From the NCBI GenBank assembly GCA_945879075.1, contig CAMCUY010000003.1:1259-65258 (forward strand): DNA of 64,000 nucleotides, given 5' to 3'. The stretch is from Akkermansia muciniphila. Lineage in GTDB: Bacteria > Verrucomicrobiota > Verrucomicrobiia > Verrucomicrobiales > Akkermansiaceae. A program made the translations under genes and the position numbers. The notes under the pieces were generated by a model. That model was given only the letters and a program-made list of their open reading frames with translations, had not been told where the DNA came from and searched no databases. Positions within the stretch are counted from its first letter, which is position 1. Each line of letters begins with the position of its first letter. Positions 1-10,192 of this stretch are shown in pieces.

Positions 1-1
1 G

Positions 2-148
2 GAACTCCTCGACGACCTGTCAACCGACCCCGAGCTCGCCGCAATCGATCTCCGCGAGGCCTTGGACGCGCTCGGCGAAATCCCCGGAAAAGTCGATACC
101 GAGGACCTGCTGGGCGTGATTTTCAGCAGCTTCTGCATCGGGAAATAG
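2..148 (+). CDS. mnmE: tRNA modification GTPase MnmE, 3' end only (gene starts before the window)
   Basis: Frame 2 reads ...[39 protein letters not shown], ending in the conserved FCIGK motif. Confidence 0.95.
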   Translation, partial: ELLDDLSTDPELAAIDLREALDALGEIPGKVDTEDLLGVIFSSFCIGK

Positions 149-153
149 ACCAC

Positions 154-369
154 TCATTCCGCACCACCGAGGATGCGCGCCTGGTCGAAATCATAAGCCG
201 TCAACTCGAGCACGACGCGCTCGCCGGTGGCGAAGCCGGCTTTCGCCTCGGTCAGCGGCTTCGAGAGATGGGCGAGGATTTTTTTCCCGTTCGGCAAGGC
301 CACCCGGTAGAGGACGGGGTTGAGGTTTTCCAAAATCTCTCCGACGGCGTGAATCGTGGCATCTGGCAT
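154..369 (-). CDS. Translation initiation factor IF-1-like S1/OB-fold protein (divergent paralog)
   Basis: MPDATIHAVGEILENLNPVLYRVALPNGKKILAHLSK...GERVVLELTAYDFDQARI follows the IF-1 pattern (VE.LPN..F.V.L.NG..ILAH.S...GD.V.VELSPYDL..GRI); ATG at 369. Confidence 0.75.
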   Translation of the reverse strand: MPDATIHAVGEILENLNPVLYRVALPNGKKILAHLSKPLTEAKAGFATGERVVLELTAYDFDQARILGGAE

Positions 370-559
370 GGCGTGCCTGAGTCTCAGCCGGAAACCCACT
401 TGCCGACAAGCCCCGCCCGTGCCAAATTTCACAACCGATTCCGAGGAAGAATGATGACCTTGCTTGACGGAAAGCTCAGGAAGACCATCATCTCGCCCGA
501 CGTATCACTCCGCTTTTCCGACATTTTTCATTCCCAAACATTCTCTCTCCCACACCATC

Positions 560-1009
560 ATGAACCTTCGTTTTCTTTCCGGATTTGCCGCACTCGGATG
601 CGTTTTGTTCGCTTCCTGCACGCCTTACAACGAGCAACAAAACAAGAAGCCAACTCGCAAGCCGGCCCAAAAAGCCGCCACCACCGCGGAACAACAGAAG
701 ATCCAGGAACAACGGGATCTCATGCAACAAAAGGAAGAGCTCGCGACGAAGGAAGCGCCCGCGACCCCACCCCCCGTGACTCCGGCCAACACCGCCGCTC
801 CAACCACTCCGCCCACCCAAACACCTACCCCGCCGGTCGAGGAAAAGCGCGCGGAATACAAGTTCGCCAACAAGGTTCCCGGCAAGGACGGCTTCGTCTT
901 CAGCCCTTACAACAACAAGGTGATCGATGTTAAGGGCATTCCCAGCGGCACTCTGGTCCAGGACCCGACCTACACCGGCGCGGGCAAAGGCTACTTCCGC
1001 GTGCCTTGA
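560..1009 (+). CDS. Hypothetical lipoprotein with Gln/Lys-rich helix, Pro/Thr linker and small C-terminal domain
   Basis: Signal peptide with lipobox FASC; PATPPPVTPANTAAPTTPPTQTPTPP linker; ATG at 560 preferred over the ORF-track start. Confidence 0.8.
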   Translation: MNLRFLSGFAALGCVLFASCTPYNEQQNKKPTRKPAQKAATTAEQQKIQEQRDLMQQKEELATKEAPATPPPVTPANTAAPTTPPTQTPTPPVEEKRAEYKFANKVPGKDGFVFSPYNNKVIDVKGIPSGTLVQDPTYTGAGKGYFRVP

Positions 1010-1048
1010 GATTTTTCTGATTCCCGGTAAACCTGCTTAGGAAAACCG

Positions 1049-1080
1049 ACCGGGTCCGGCGCACTGGACCCGGTTTTTTT
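1049..1080 (+). terminator. Rho-independent terminator after the lipoprotein gene
   Basis: Perfect stem accgggtcc/ggacccggt (1049-1057/1066-1074), 8-nt loop, followed by a T run to 1080. Confidence 0.75.
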
Positions 1081-1087
1081 GTTTTTG

Positions 1088-1951
1088 ATGAAGACCGATT
1101 TTCAAAACATCACCATCCTCGGCGGCGGCTTGCTCGGCGGTTCGCTGGCGCTTGCGCTCGGTGCGTTGGAGAACCCGCCGAAAGTCCGGCTCTGGGCGCG
1201 CAAACAGGAAACCGTCGGAGCCGCGCGCGATCTTGGCATCGCCGGTGCCACCGGCGATCTTGGCGAAGCGGTTCGAGACTCAGATCTAATCGTTCTCGCC
1301 GTTCCGGTCGGTTCCATGGCCGCCCTGGTTTCATCCGCCCTCGACGCGGGCTTGCGCGACGGCTGCCTCGTTACCGACGTCGGCAGCGTCAAGCGCGTGC
1401 CGCACCGGGAGATCGGGCCGTTGCTCGACGGCAGTGAAATCCACTTCATCGGCAGCCATCCGATGGCCGGCTCCGAGCGCAACGGACTCGCCGCCGTCAC
1501 TGCGAATTTATTTCAAAACGCCGCCTGCCTGCTCACTAACGACGACGGTGCCCCAGTCGAACTCACCGCCGCGTTGGAGCGTTTTTGGCAAACCATCGGC
1601 TGCCGCACTTCGTGGATGAGCGCTGCGGTCCACGACGAGCTCGTCGCCCGCATCAGCCACCTGCCGCACCTCATCGCCGCCAGCGCTGCCCGCGTTTGTT
1701 TGAAGGATCCGTCGGAAGGCCGCTTCGGCGGCGGCGGCCTGCGCGACACCACCCGCGTCGCCGCCGGAAACCCCGCGATGTGGGCGGAAATCGTCACCGA
1801 AAACCGCGAGGCGCTCATCGGCCCGCTCCGGGAAACCCTCGCCGATCTGCGTGAAATCCTTGCCTGTCTTGAAAGCGGCGACCAAGAACAAGCCCGCGAG
1901 TGGCTCATCACCGCCAAACAACGGCGCGATCCGTTGAACCCACCCCAATAG
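1088..1951 (+). CDS. tyrA: Prephenate/arogenate dehydrogenase
   Basis: GGGLLGGSLA Rossmann motif, TDVGSVK, SHPMAGSE, SHLPH, RDTTRVAAGNPAMW. Confidence 0.92.
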   Translation: MKTDFQNITILGGGLLGGSLALALGALENPPKVRLWARKQETVGAARDLGIAGATGDLGEAVRDSDLIVLAVPVGSMAALVSSALDAGLRDGCLVTDVGSVKRVPHREIGPLLDGSEIHFIGSHPMAGSERNGLAAVTANLFQNAACLLTNDDGAPVELTAALERFWQTIGCRTSWMSAAVHDELVARISHLPHLIAASAARVCLKDPSEGRFGGGGLRDTTRVAAGNPAMWAEIVTENREALIGPLRETLADLREILACLESGDQEQAREWLITAKQRRDPLNPPQ

Positions 1952-1971
1952 TCCTTTTTTTGCCATTTCTC

Positions 1972-3324
1972 ATGTCGGAATTTCGAGTCAAAGCCATTTC
2001 AAAACTGCACGCCGAGTTCAGCGTCCCGGGCGACAAAAGCATGTCCCACCGCGCCGCCATCCTCGGCGGACTATCCAACGGCACCTGCACCATCCGTAAC
2101 TTCCTCCCCAGCGAGGACTGCATCAACACGCTCAACGCCATGAAGGCGCTCGGCGCTTCCTACGAGGTCCTCGACGAACTCGAAGGCTACGGCCCGATCA
2201 ACCTGCGCATTCACGGCCAGTCGCTGAAACTCCGCGCGCCCGCCGCGCCCATCGACTGCGGCAACGCCGGCACCGGCATGCGTCTTCTAGCAGGCCTTCT
2301 CGCCGGACAATGCTTCTCCACCGAGCTCTTCGGCGACGCCTCGCTTTCCTCCCGGCCGATGGGCCGGATCACCATCCCACTTGGCCAGATGGGCGCTCAC
2401 ATCGAGACCCTCGGCGAAAAACCCGGCTGCGCCCCCCTGCTCATTCACGCCGCCAAGCTGCATCCCGTTACTTACGACATGCCGGTCGCCAGCGCCCAAG
2501 TGAAGAGCGCGGTCCTTCTAGCAGGACTTTTCGCCGAGGGTCAAACCACCGTCATCCAGCCTGCCGAAACCCGCGACCACACCGAGCGGATGATGGCCTC
2601 CTTCGGCGTCGCCTCCCGCCGCGAAGGCAATGCGATCTCCATCGATGGCGGACAAATCCCCCAGGCCTGCGACTTCACCGTGCCTGGCGACATTTCCAGC
2701 GCCGCCTTCTGGCTCGTCGCCGCGGCCGCCATCCCCGGTTCGCGCCTGCTCATCAAAGACGTCGGCCTCAACCCGACCCGCACCGCGATTCTCAAAGTGC
2801 TCGGCCGCATGGGCGCTCACATGTCAGAAATCGTCCATGAGTCCGATGGCGAGCCCATCGGCAACATCGAGCTCCACGGCGCCTCTCTAACCGGCACCAC
2901 GATCTTCATCGATGAAGTCCCTAACCTGATCGATGAGATTCCCGTCATCGCCGTCGCCGCCGCGCTGGCCCAAGGCCGCACGATCATCCGCAACGCCAAG
3001 GAACTCCGCGTCAAGGAATCCGACCGCATCTCCACCGTCGTCAACCACCTCCGCGCCATGGGAGCCGAGGTCGATGAGTTCGAGGACGGCATGGAAATCG
3101 AAGGCGGCAAGCCGCTGCACGCCGCCGTGATCGATAGCCACGGCGACCACCGCATCGCCATGGCCTTCGCCATCGCCGGGCTTTTCGCGGAAGGCGAAAC
3201 CGTCATCCAAAACACGGACTGCGTGAATACTTCCTATCCGGGATTCGCCCATCACCTCGACGCCATCCTTCACGAGCGCTCGCAAGCCGCCGACTTCACC
3301 CTGCCCACCATTTCCCGCGCATGA
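1972..3324 (+). CDS. aroA: 3-phosphoshikimate 1-carboxyvinyltransferase (EPSP synthase)
   Basis: PGDKSMSHRA, CGNAGT, SSRPM, ASAQVKSA, RDHTE, LRVKESDRI, HGDHRIAMAF. Confidence 0.97.
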   Translation: MSEFRVKAISKLHAEFSVPGDKSMSHRAAILGGLSNGTCTIRNFLPSEDCINTLNAMKALGASYEVLDELEGYGPINLRIHGQSLKLRAPAAPIDCGNAGTGMRLLAGLLAGQCFSTELFGDASLSSRPMGRITIPLGQMGAHIETLGEKPGCAPLLIHAAKLHPVTYDMPVASAQVKSAVLLAGLFAEGQTTVIQPAETRDHTERMMASFGVASRREGNAISIDGGQIPQACDFTVPGDISSAAFWLVAAAAIPGSRLLIKDVGLNPTRTAILKVLGRMGAHMSEIVHESDGEPIGNIELHGASLTGTTIFIDEVPNLIDEIPVIAVAAALAQGRTIIRNAKELRVKESDRISTVVNHLRAMGAEVDEFEDGMEIEGGKPLHAAVIDSHGDHRIAMAFAIAGLFAEGETVIQNTDCVNTSYPGFAHHLDAILHERSQAADFTLPTISRA

Positions 3325-3980
3325 CCGCCACGCCCCGCTTCGCCATCGCCATCGACGGACCTGCCGCCTCCGGCAAGAGCACGCTCGCCCGCAAACTCGC
3401 GGAGCGCCTCGGCCTCGTCATGGTCAACTCCGGCGCCATGTATCGCGCCGTCACCTGGAAGGCGCTCCGGGAAAACATCGATCCGTCCGACACCGCCGCG
3501 GTGATCGATCTGTTAAACCGCATCGACATCCATTGCGGCGAAGAAGGAATGACCTCCACCTGCACCATCGACGGCGTCGATCCGGGCGACGAACTCCGCA
3601 GCGAGACGATCAATTCCAACGTCTCCGCCATTTCCGCCATTCCCGAAGTCCGCGACAAGCTGGTCGCCCTCCAGCGCGGCTACCTCGACCACACCAGCAT
3701 TGTCATGGAAGGCCGCGACATCGGCTCCGTGGTGTTTCCGGACACGCCCTATAAAATCTACGTCGATGCCAGCGAAGAGGTCCGCGCCGCCCGCCGGATC
3801 GCGGACGGCGAGGTCGATTCCGTGGCCAAGCGCGATGCAGCCGACAGCGAGCGCGCCACCGCTCCGCTGAAAATCGCCGATGGCGCCGTAGTCCTCGACA
3901 CCTCGCATCACAGCATCGAAAGCGGCGTCGATGCCGCCATTGAAATCCTCAAACAACAGGGTCTGCCCACGCTCCCATGA
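3321..3980 (+). CDS. cmk: Cytidylate kinase
   Basis: AIDGPAASGKST, SGAMYRA, VMEGRDIGSVVFPD; ATGA overlap with aroA. Confidence 0.96.
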   Translation: MTATPRFAIAIDGPAASGKSTLARKLAERLGLVMVNSGAMYRAVTWKALRENIDPSDTAAVIDLLNRIDIHCGEEGMTSTCTIDGVDPGDELRSETINSNVSAISAIPEVRDKLVALQRGYLDHTSIVMEGRDIGSVVFPDTPYKIYVDASEEVRAARRIADGEVDSVAKRDAADSERATAPLKIADGAVVLDTSHHSIESGVDAAIEILKQQGLPTLP

Positions 3981-4600
3981 ATCCGGAAACTCCCATGCGC
4001 TGGGTCTATTGGTTAGGCTGGATGTCATTCGGCGCCGCCTTCCGCACGCTCTTCGGTCTTAAAATCGTCGGCGAGGAAAACCTGATTTCGGAAGGCCCGG
4101 TCCTCATCGCTTCCAATCACCAGAGCTTCCTCGACCCGCCGCTCATCGGAAACCTCTACAAGACCGAGATGACTTACCTCGCCCGCAAAACGCTGTTTGT
4201 GGGATTCGGCAAATGGCTCTATCCGCAGTGGAACGCGATTCCGGTGGACCAGGACCGCCCGGACATGGGCAGCCTCAAGACCATCATCCGCAAGCTCAAG
4301 GAAGGCGAACGCGTGCTCGTCTTCCCCGAAGGCGAGCGAACGCTAAACGGCGACATCGGCGAAGCTGCCCCCGGCATCGGCCTCATCGCTGTAAAATCCG
4401 GCGCCATGATCCAGCCGGTTAAAATCTCGGGCGCCCGCGAGGCCCTCCCGCGCGGTTCCGGAAAAATCCGTTTCGCCCGCATCACCGTCACCGTCGGCAA
4501 GCCTATCCGACTGACGCCAGAAGAACTCAAGGCGGCCAAAGGCAAGGATGACTACGACCGCATCGCCAAGCGGATCATGAGCGCCATCCGCGAGCTTTGA
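3977..4600 (+). CDS. plsC: 1-acyl-sn-glycerol-3-phosphate acyltransferase
   Basis: NHQSFLD (HxxxxD) and FPEGER motifs; typical position after cmk. Confidence 0.9.
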   Translation: MNPETPMRWVYWLGWMSFGAAFRTLFGLKIVGEENLISEGPVLIASNHQSFLDPPLIGNLYKTEMTYLARKTLFVGFGKWLYPQWNAIPVDQDRPDMGSLKTIIRKLKEGERVLVFPEGERTLNGDIGEAAPGIGLIAVKSGAMIQPVKISGAREALPRGSGKIRFARITVTVGKPIRLTPEELKAAKGKDDYDRIAKRIMSAIREL

Positions 4601-4723
4601 TTTTAAAGGAGATGGCGGTTTCCAAGTATCACGGCCCGGTATTCAGCGACCGCCGCCCATGGTTCCAGAGAATTTTATGCGTGTCATCCGCTGCCACCCT
4701 GCTTCACTGCCGCCCCCGCCTCG

Positions 4724-6109
4724 ATGCCTGAAAACGCCTCAGAAGACACCCTGCTGCTCGTCGATCCCGATCTAGATTTCCTGGATTGGGCCACCAAACA
4801 CCTTTACGCCAAAGACTTGCGGGTGCTGCGCTGTGACAATGCCGCCAATGCCGTCAAGGTGATCGAAAAAACGCGGGTCAGCGTGGTGGTGGCGGCAATG
4901 GAGTTAGAACCCTTCGACGGCATGGAATTGCTCGGACGGATTCTCCAGCAGAGTCCGCAAACGCTGGTGATTCTCACCGCCGGCTTTCCGACCACCGGCC
5001 AGATCATCGAGGCCACCCAGCGCGGCGCACACGATGTCCTGCGCAAGGAATCGCTGGCTTTTGAGCTTCGTCCGGTGGTCGAATCCGCGCTACAAACGCA
5101 GGATGACCGCCGCAGCGCCGGCAAACCGGAAGCGGAAATGCCCAAGCACGACGGGCGGGTGAAAATGATCGGCATTTCGCGCGCGCTGCAGGAAGTTTTC
5201 AAACTTGTCGGCCGCGTCGCCCGCTCGGACGCGCCGGTTTTGATCGCCGGCGAGAGCGGCACCGGCAAGGAGCTCGTCGCCAAGGCGGTGCACGAATACA
5301 GCCCGCGGCGGCAGAAGGAGATGATCACCATCAACTGCGGCGCCATTCCTGAAAACCTGTTGGAGAGCGAACTTTTCGGTCACGAAAAAGGCTCGTTCAC
5401 CGGCGCCATCGCGCGCCGCGCGGGACGCTTCGAGCAGGCGGACGGCGGCACGCTTTTCCTCGACGAGATCGGCGACATGCCGCTTTCCATCCAAGTGAAG
5501 CTCCTGCGGGTGCTGCAGGACGGCTCGTTTTCCCGCGTGGGGGCCAACGAGATGCTGACCACCGACGTGCGGATCGTGGCAGCGACGCACAAGAATCTAT
5601 CCGACGAAGTCGCCGCCGGCCGCTTCCGTGAGGATCTCTACTATCGACTCAACGTGGTGGAGATCAAGATTCCCGCGCTGCGCGAGCGGTTGGAGGACAT
5701 CCCGCTGCTGGCGGAGTATTTCCTCCAGCGCATCACCCGCAAGAACGGCATGGCGCGCATCCGCATCTCGGCGGAAGCCATCGCCATCTTGCAGACGCAC
5801 AACTGGCCGGGCAACGTCCGCGAGCTGGAAAACACCATCGCCCGCGCCTGCGCGCTCGCCTCGTCGCAAATCCTCCTGCCCGCCGACATTCCGCTCGCTT
5901 CCGCGCCGCGCAAATCGCCGGCCGGTTTCGCCGCCGCGATGGACCAGTTGATCAACGCCGCCCCGACCGGCGAGGACCTGCTCGACTGGCTCAACGCCGA
6001 AATCGCGGCGCGGGTGCTCGAGCGCTCCGACGGCGACCTCAAGGAAGCGTCCAACATGTTGAACGTTCCCCTCGCCGAACTCAGGAAACTGCTAGCCCGG
6101 AAAGAATAA
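4724..6109 (+). CDS. Sigma54-dependent enhancer-binding protein (NtrC family) with atypical receiver domain
   Basis: GESGTGKE Walker [32 protein letters not shown] Walker [22 protein letters not shown]. Confidence 0.93.
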   Translation: MPENASEDTLLLVDPDLDFLDWATKHLYAKDLRVLRCDNAANAVKVIEKTRVSVVVAAMELEPFDGMELLGRILQQSPQTLVILTAGFPTTGQIIEATQRGAHDVLRKESLAFELRPVVESALQTQDDRRSAGKPEAEMPKHDGRVKMIGISRALQEVFKLVGRVARSDAPVLIAGESGTGKELVAKAVHEYSPRRQKEMITINCGAIPENLLESELFGHEKGSFTGAIARRAGRFEQADGGTLFLDEIGDMPLSIQVKLLRVLQDGSFSRVGANEMLTTDVRIVAATHKNLSDEVAAGRFREDLYYRLNVVEIKIPALRERLEDIPLLAEYFLQRITRKNGMARIRISAEAIAILQTHNWPGNVRELENTIARACALASSQILLPADIPLASAPRKSPAGFAAAMDQLINAAPTGEDLLDWLNAEIAARVLERSDGDLKEASNMLNVPLAELRKLLARKE

Positions 6110-6110
6110 C

Positions 6111-6734
6111 ATGCTCCACACCGTCGAACACCCGCTGATCGCCGAGGAGTTGACGAAGCTGCGTGATCCGGAGTGCCCATCGCCCGAATTCCGCCAGAGG
6201 GTCCGTCGGATCGCCTCGTTGATGGTCGCGACCGTCACCGCGAATTTCGAAACCACGGTCGTCGCCTGCAGCACGCCGCTGGAAATCACCTCCGGCGTCA
6301 AAGTGTCCCGCGGCATCATCCTCGTCCCCATTTTACGAGCGGGGCTGGGCTTCCTCGATGGCTTCCTCGACCTGATCCCCCAGGCGTCCGTGGCGCACAT
6401 CGGTTTGGCGCGGAATGAAAAAACCCTGCTGGCCGAGCCCTACTATTTGAAACACCCGCCGAACTTGGAAGAGGACGAAATCATCATTCTCGACCCGATG
6501 TTAGCCACCGGCGGATCAGCCATCGAGGCGGTCCGCAGCCTGCGGGAAGCCGGCGCGCGGCACATCCGTTTCGCCTGCCTGGTGGCGGCGCCGGAGGGGG
6601 TTTCCGCGTTGGAACAGGCATTTCCGGACCTCGCGATTTACGCCGCCTGCCTCGACCGCTGCCTCAATTCCTGCGGCTACATCCTGCCCGGTCTCGGCGA
6701 CGCCGGCGACCGGCTTTTCGGGACCTGCCGCTGA
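6111..6734 (+). CDS. upp: Uracil phosphoribosyltransferase
   Basis: VPILRAGLG, DPMLATGGS, YILPGLGDAGDRLFG. Confidence 0.96.
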   Translation: MLHTVEHPLIAEELTKLRDPECPSPEFRQRVRRIASLMVATVTANFETTVVACSTPLEITSGVKVSRGIILVPILRAGLGFLDGFLDLIPQASVAHIGLARNEKTLLAEPYYLKHPPNLEEDEIIILDPMLATGGSAIEAVRSLREAGARHIRFACLVAAPEGVSALEQAFPDLAIYAACLDRCLNSCGYILPGLGDAGDRLFGTCR

Positions 6735-6799
6735 GCCGCGGATTTTCAATGATCCGGGCTGGCAAAGGCGCGCATCCCCTTTTAGCCTCCACCCGTCCG

Positions 6800-9385
6800 A
6801 TGAAGTTGTGGCCTCTTTTCCCGCTATTCCTGCTCGCCCAGCAGCCTTCCCTGTTTGGCCAGGGTCTTGCCGCGCTCACGCGGCAAGGGGACGAGGCCCT
6901 GAGCGGAGGATTGTGGGAAGTGGCCGAACTGCATTTCCGCGAGTGCCTCGCCGACCGCTCGCTCACCGCCGAGGCGAAATCGACGATTCTGGTCCGCCTC
7001 GCCGAATCCCTGATCCGCGCGGGAAATCCCACGGAAGCACTGGAGTTGCTGGGGCAGTCGGCGGTGACAAACCATCCGGAGAACCCGTTTTGGAGAGCGC
7101 AGGCGCTGGCCGGGCAGAATCACTTTTCCGAGGCCGCCGGAATTTTTTTCGAGCTGCTGGCGAATCCCGCCTCGCCGCACCGCATCGAGACAGGATTCAC
7201 CTTGGCGAGCCTGCAAATGGCGCTCGGACAAGCCGACGCCGCGCTCGGCTCGCTTGCCAAGATCATCCCGGAAGCGGATGCCGCGACGCTGGCGGAAATC
7301 CAGATCTATCGGGTGGAAATCCTGCTCGATCTCAAGCGCGTGGCGGATGCCCGCCAAGCCATGCCAAGCGCGCAAGCCATCGCCGTGCCAGACCGCCCGC
7401 TCGCCGCGTTTCTCGAGGCCCAGCTGCTGCTCCATGAAGGACGCCACGCCGACGCGGAAGCCGGCTTTCAAGCGCTCGTCAACCACCCCCAAGGTCAATC
7501 CCTCACCCGCCACCACTTGGCCGCCATCGGTCTGGCAGATGCCATCGCCGCGCAGGGAAGTCCCGATGCCGCCGCGAAATCCCTGCTCGCCTTCTTGGAA
7601 GGGCACACTGACTCCCCGGTCCTCGACGCCATTTTTCAACGACTTCTCCAGTGGCTGCCCGAAAAGCCCGCCGCCACCGATCCGATCCTCGAACAGGTCG
7701 GCCAATGGATCACGCCACCGGTCTTGCCCGTCACCGGCCCCATCGCCACGGCTCCGACGGACACCGGCTCGGCCGCAGCCGGCGCTTGGCCCACCTACAC
7801 CGCGCCTAACGAGCTGACAGACCTGCTCGCCTTCTCAATTCACACCCGCGCGGTCGGGCTCCACCGCACCGCCACTCCCGAATCCCGGGGCGAGGCCAAG
7901 CTCTTGTTGCACCGCCTGCTGGTGGAAAATCCCGGCCACCCGGCCGCAGGCCGCGGGCTCTATCAACTTGCACGCTGGTTTCTCGACACCGGCTCCATCG
8001 ACCAGGCATTCTCGATTCTCGACACCTTCAGGGACACCGCGAAGTCCCCTGCCCTCCAAGGCGAGGCCGCGTTTCTCAAGGCCCGCGTCGCCTGCCTGAA
8101 CGGGGACTCCAAACATGCCATCCAGCTTTTCGACGAGGCCGCACTCGCACTAACCGGTGATCAGGCGCGATCCGCGAAGCTGCAAGCCGCCATCGCGCGA
8201 CTCCGCAGCGGGGACCTCAAGGGAACCACCCTCATCCAGCAGCAGGGCGGCCCTCCGGACACGGCGCTTGAGGCGGACATCGAACTGGAAAGGGCGCTTT
8301 CCGCCACACCCGCGAGCGCCGCCCGGTCGGCGCTTGAAGAATTCCTTACTCGTTTTCCGGATCATGCCAGAGCGCCTGAAGCGCGCCTTGCCGCAATGGA
8401 AGCGGCCCTGGCAAGCATCCCTCCCGACATCGCGTTCGCCAAGGCGCAGTCGGAAATTCTATCCGCCGCGGCGGAAAAGTCCGTCGCGCTGCCCGATCCG
8501 CAGCTCGCCTTGGCACGGCTTCACCTCTCCGATCTATCGAACGACTCCGCCTCCGCCATCGCCGCCGCCCAATCCATCATCGACACTTATCCGGCGGACC
8601 CCGCCGCGGCCGAAGCCGCGCTCACGCTCGGACGGAATCTCTTCCAAACCGGCAGTTACAATCCGGCCCGGTTGGTTCTCGAAAAACTCGCGGCGGCGGA
8701 TACCAACCCCGCCCGCGCCCAAGCCGCCTGGCTGCTGGCCGGGCGCGCCGCGGCGCTCGGCGGCACCCCGCAATCCAAGGAAGAGGCGCTGATTCTTTTC
8801 GACAAGGCGATCGAGACCCAAGGCCCGATCAGCTCCATTGCCGCACTCGAAAAAGCCCGCCACCTCATCGACATCTACCGCCTCGCGGAAGCCTCGGCGT
8901 TTCTCGCAAAGTGGACCAAAACCCTGCCCGCGGACGATCCGCTCCACCTACCCGCCGGCCTGCTGCTAGGCGAGGCGCTTTACGCCCAGGGCAGCGGCAA
9001 CCCCGCATCGCTGGTGGAGGCGCTTGCGGTTTATGACAAGCTCCTCGCCCACGCCAAAACCCAACCCGCCCTGTTCAACCGCCTGCAATACCTCCGCGGC
9101 ACCACGCTCGAACAATTGCCGGACGAAAAGGACCCGGCCAAAAAGCGCGAGAAACAAGCATTCCAAGCCTATCACTCCGTGCTCGAAACCACCACGCCGC
9201 CCGCGGAGTGGGAGTATTTCGAACGCTGCGGCTTCCGCGCGCTCGCCCTGCTCGAAAAAGCCGAACGCTGGCCGGTCGCCATTACAGTTGCCAAAAAAAT
9301 CGCTTCATTCAAAGGTCCGCGCGCCGAAGAAGCCGCCACCCGCGCCAGCCAACTCCAGCTTAAACACATGATCTGGGAGGACTGA
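6800..9385 (+). CDS. Large exported TPR-like all-helical protein
   Basis: Signal peptide MKLWPLFPLFLLAQ; repeated Ala/Leu-rich helical pairs (e.g. EAALTLGRNLFQTGSYNPARLVLEKL, FP.H.RAPEA). Confidence 0.75.
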   Translation: MKLWPLFPLFLLAQQPSLFGQGLAALTRQGDEALSGGLWEVAELHFRECLADRSLTAEAKSTILVRLAESLIRAGNPTEALELLGQSAVTNHPENPFWRAQALAGQNHFSEAAGIFFELLANPASPHRIETGFTLASLQMALGQADAALGSLAKIIPEADAATLAEIQIYRVEILLDLKRVADARQAMPSAQAIAVPDRPLAAFLEAQLLLHEGRHADAEAGFQALVNHPQGQSLTRHHLAAIGLADAIAAQGSPDAAAKSLLAFLEGHTDSPVLDAIFQRLLQWLPEKPAATDPILEQVGQWITPPVLPVTGPIATAPTDTGSAAAGAWPTYTAPNELTDLLAFSIHTRAVGLHRTATPESRGEAKLLLHRLLVENPGHPAAGRGLYQLARWFLDTGSIDQAFSILDTFRDTAKSPALQGEAAFLKARVACLNGDSKHAIQLFDEAALALTGDQARSAKLQAAIARLRSGDLKGTTLIQQQGGPPDTALEADIELERALSATPASAARSALEEFLTRFPDHARAPEARLAAMEAALASIPPDIAFAKAQSEILSAAAEKSVALPDPQLALARLHLSDLSNDSASAIAAAQSIIDTYPADPAAAEAALTLGRNLFQTGSYNPARLVLEKLAAADTNPARAQAAWLLAGRAAALGGTPQSKEEALILFDKAIETQGPISSIAALEKARHLIDIYRLAEASAFLAKWTKTLPADDPLHLPAGLLLGEALYAQGSGNPASLVEALAVYDKLLAHAKTQPALFNRLQYLRGTTLEQLPDEKDPAKKREKQAFQAYHSVLETTTPPAEWEYFERCGFRALALLEKAERWPVAITVAKKIASFKGPRAEEAATRASQLQLKHMIWED

Positions 9386-9423
9386 TCGGGTAAACGCTGA
9401 AAACTGAAATACTGAAATTTCTT

Positions 9424-10158
9424 ATGCCAAACCTCCTCGTCACTGGAAAATCCGGCCGCATGGGCCAAGCCGTCATCGAAGCCGCCGCCCAAGCGCAGGT
9501 CCCCGTCGCCGCCACCCATGACGCCGGCGAAGATCTGGAATCCGCGATTTCCAAAGCCAACTGCGCCATCGATTTCACGATCCATTCCTTCACCACCACC
9601 CTCGTCGAGGCGGCCGTCAAACACGGCACCAGCCTGGTCATCGGCACCACCGGCCACAGCGACGCCGAGCGCGTCGTCATTTACGAGGCCGCCAAATCCA
9701 TCCGCATCGTCTATGCCGCGAATTACTCCGTCGGCGTGAACACCCTCTTCTGGCTCAGCCGCCACGCCGCCCGCATCCTCACCCAGGACCGCTTCGACAT
9801 CGAGGTCACCGAGATGCACCACAAGCACAAGATCGACGCGCCCTCCGGCACCGCCCGCCGCATTCTCGAAATCCTCAACGAGGAAACCGGCACGTCCTAT
9901 CAGGACGACGTCGCCCACGGCCGCTTCGGCAACATTGGCCCGCGCAAGCCGCGAGAAATCGGCATGCACACCCTCCGCGGCGGCGACGTGGTGGGCGACC
10001 ACACCGTGCTCTTCGCCGCCGACGGCGAGCGCGTCGAGCTCACCCACAAGGCGTCCTCCCGCATGACCTTCGCTGCCGGCGCGGTCCGCGCGGCCAGCTG
10101 GCTGGAAGGCCAACCGGTCGGCCTCTACGACATGCAGGACGTGCTCGGCCTCGTCTAA
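9424..10158 (+). CDS. dapB: 4-hydroxy-tetrahydrodipicolinate reductase
   Basis: GKSGRMG, VIGTTG, AANYSVG, EMHHKHKIDAPSGTA, LRGGDVVGDH. Confidence 0.97.
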   Translation: MPNLLVTGKSGRMGQAVIEAAAQAQVPVAATHDAGEDLESAISKANCAIDFTIHSFTTTLVEAAVKHGTSLVIGTTGHSDAERVVIYEAAKSIRIVYAANYSVGVNTLFWLSRHAARILTQDRFDIEVTEMHHKHKIDAPSGTARRILEILNEETGTSYQDDVAHGRFGNIGPRKPREIGMHTLRGGDVVGDHTVLFAADGERVELTHKASSRMTFAAGAVRAASWLEGQPVGLYDMQDVLGLV

Positions 10159-10192
10159 TCGATTGATCCGTCAGATTTCAAAACTCCCGTTT

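Noticed and set aside
9397-9418. ctgaaaa-ctgaaata-ctgaaat tandem before dapB
   Set aside because: Short low-complexity repeat; no second copy or function could be supported.
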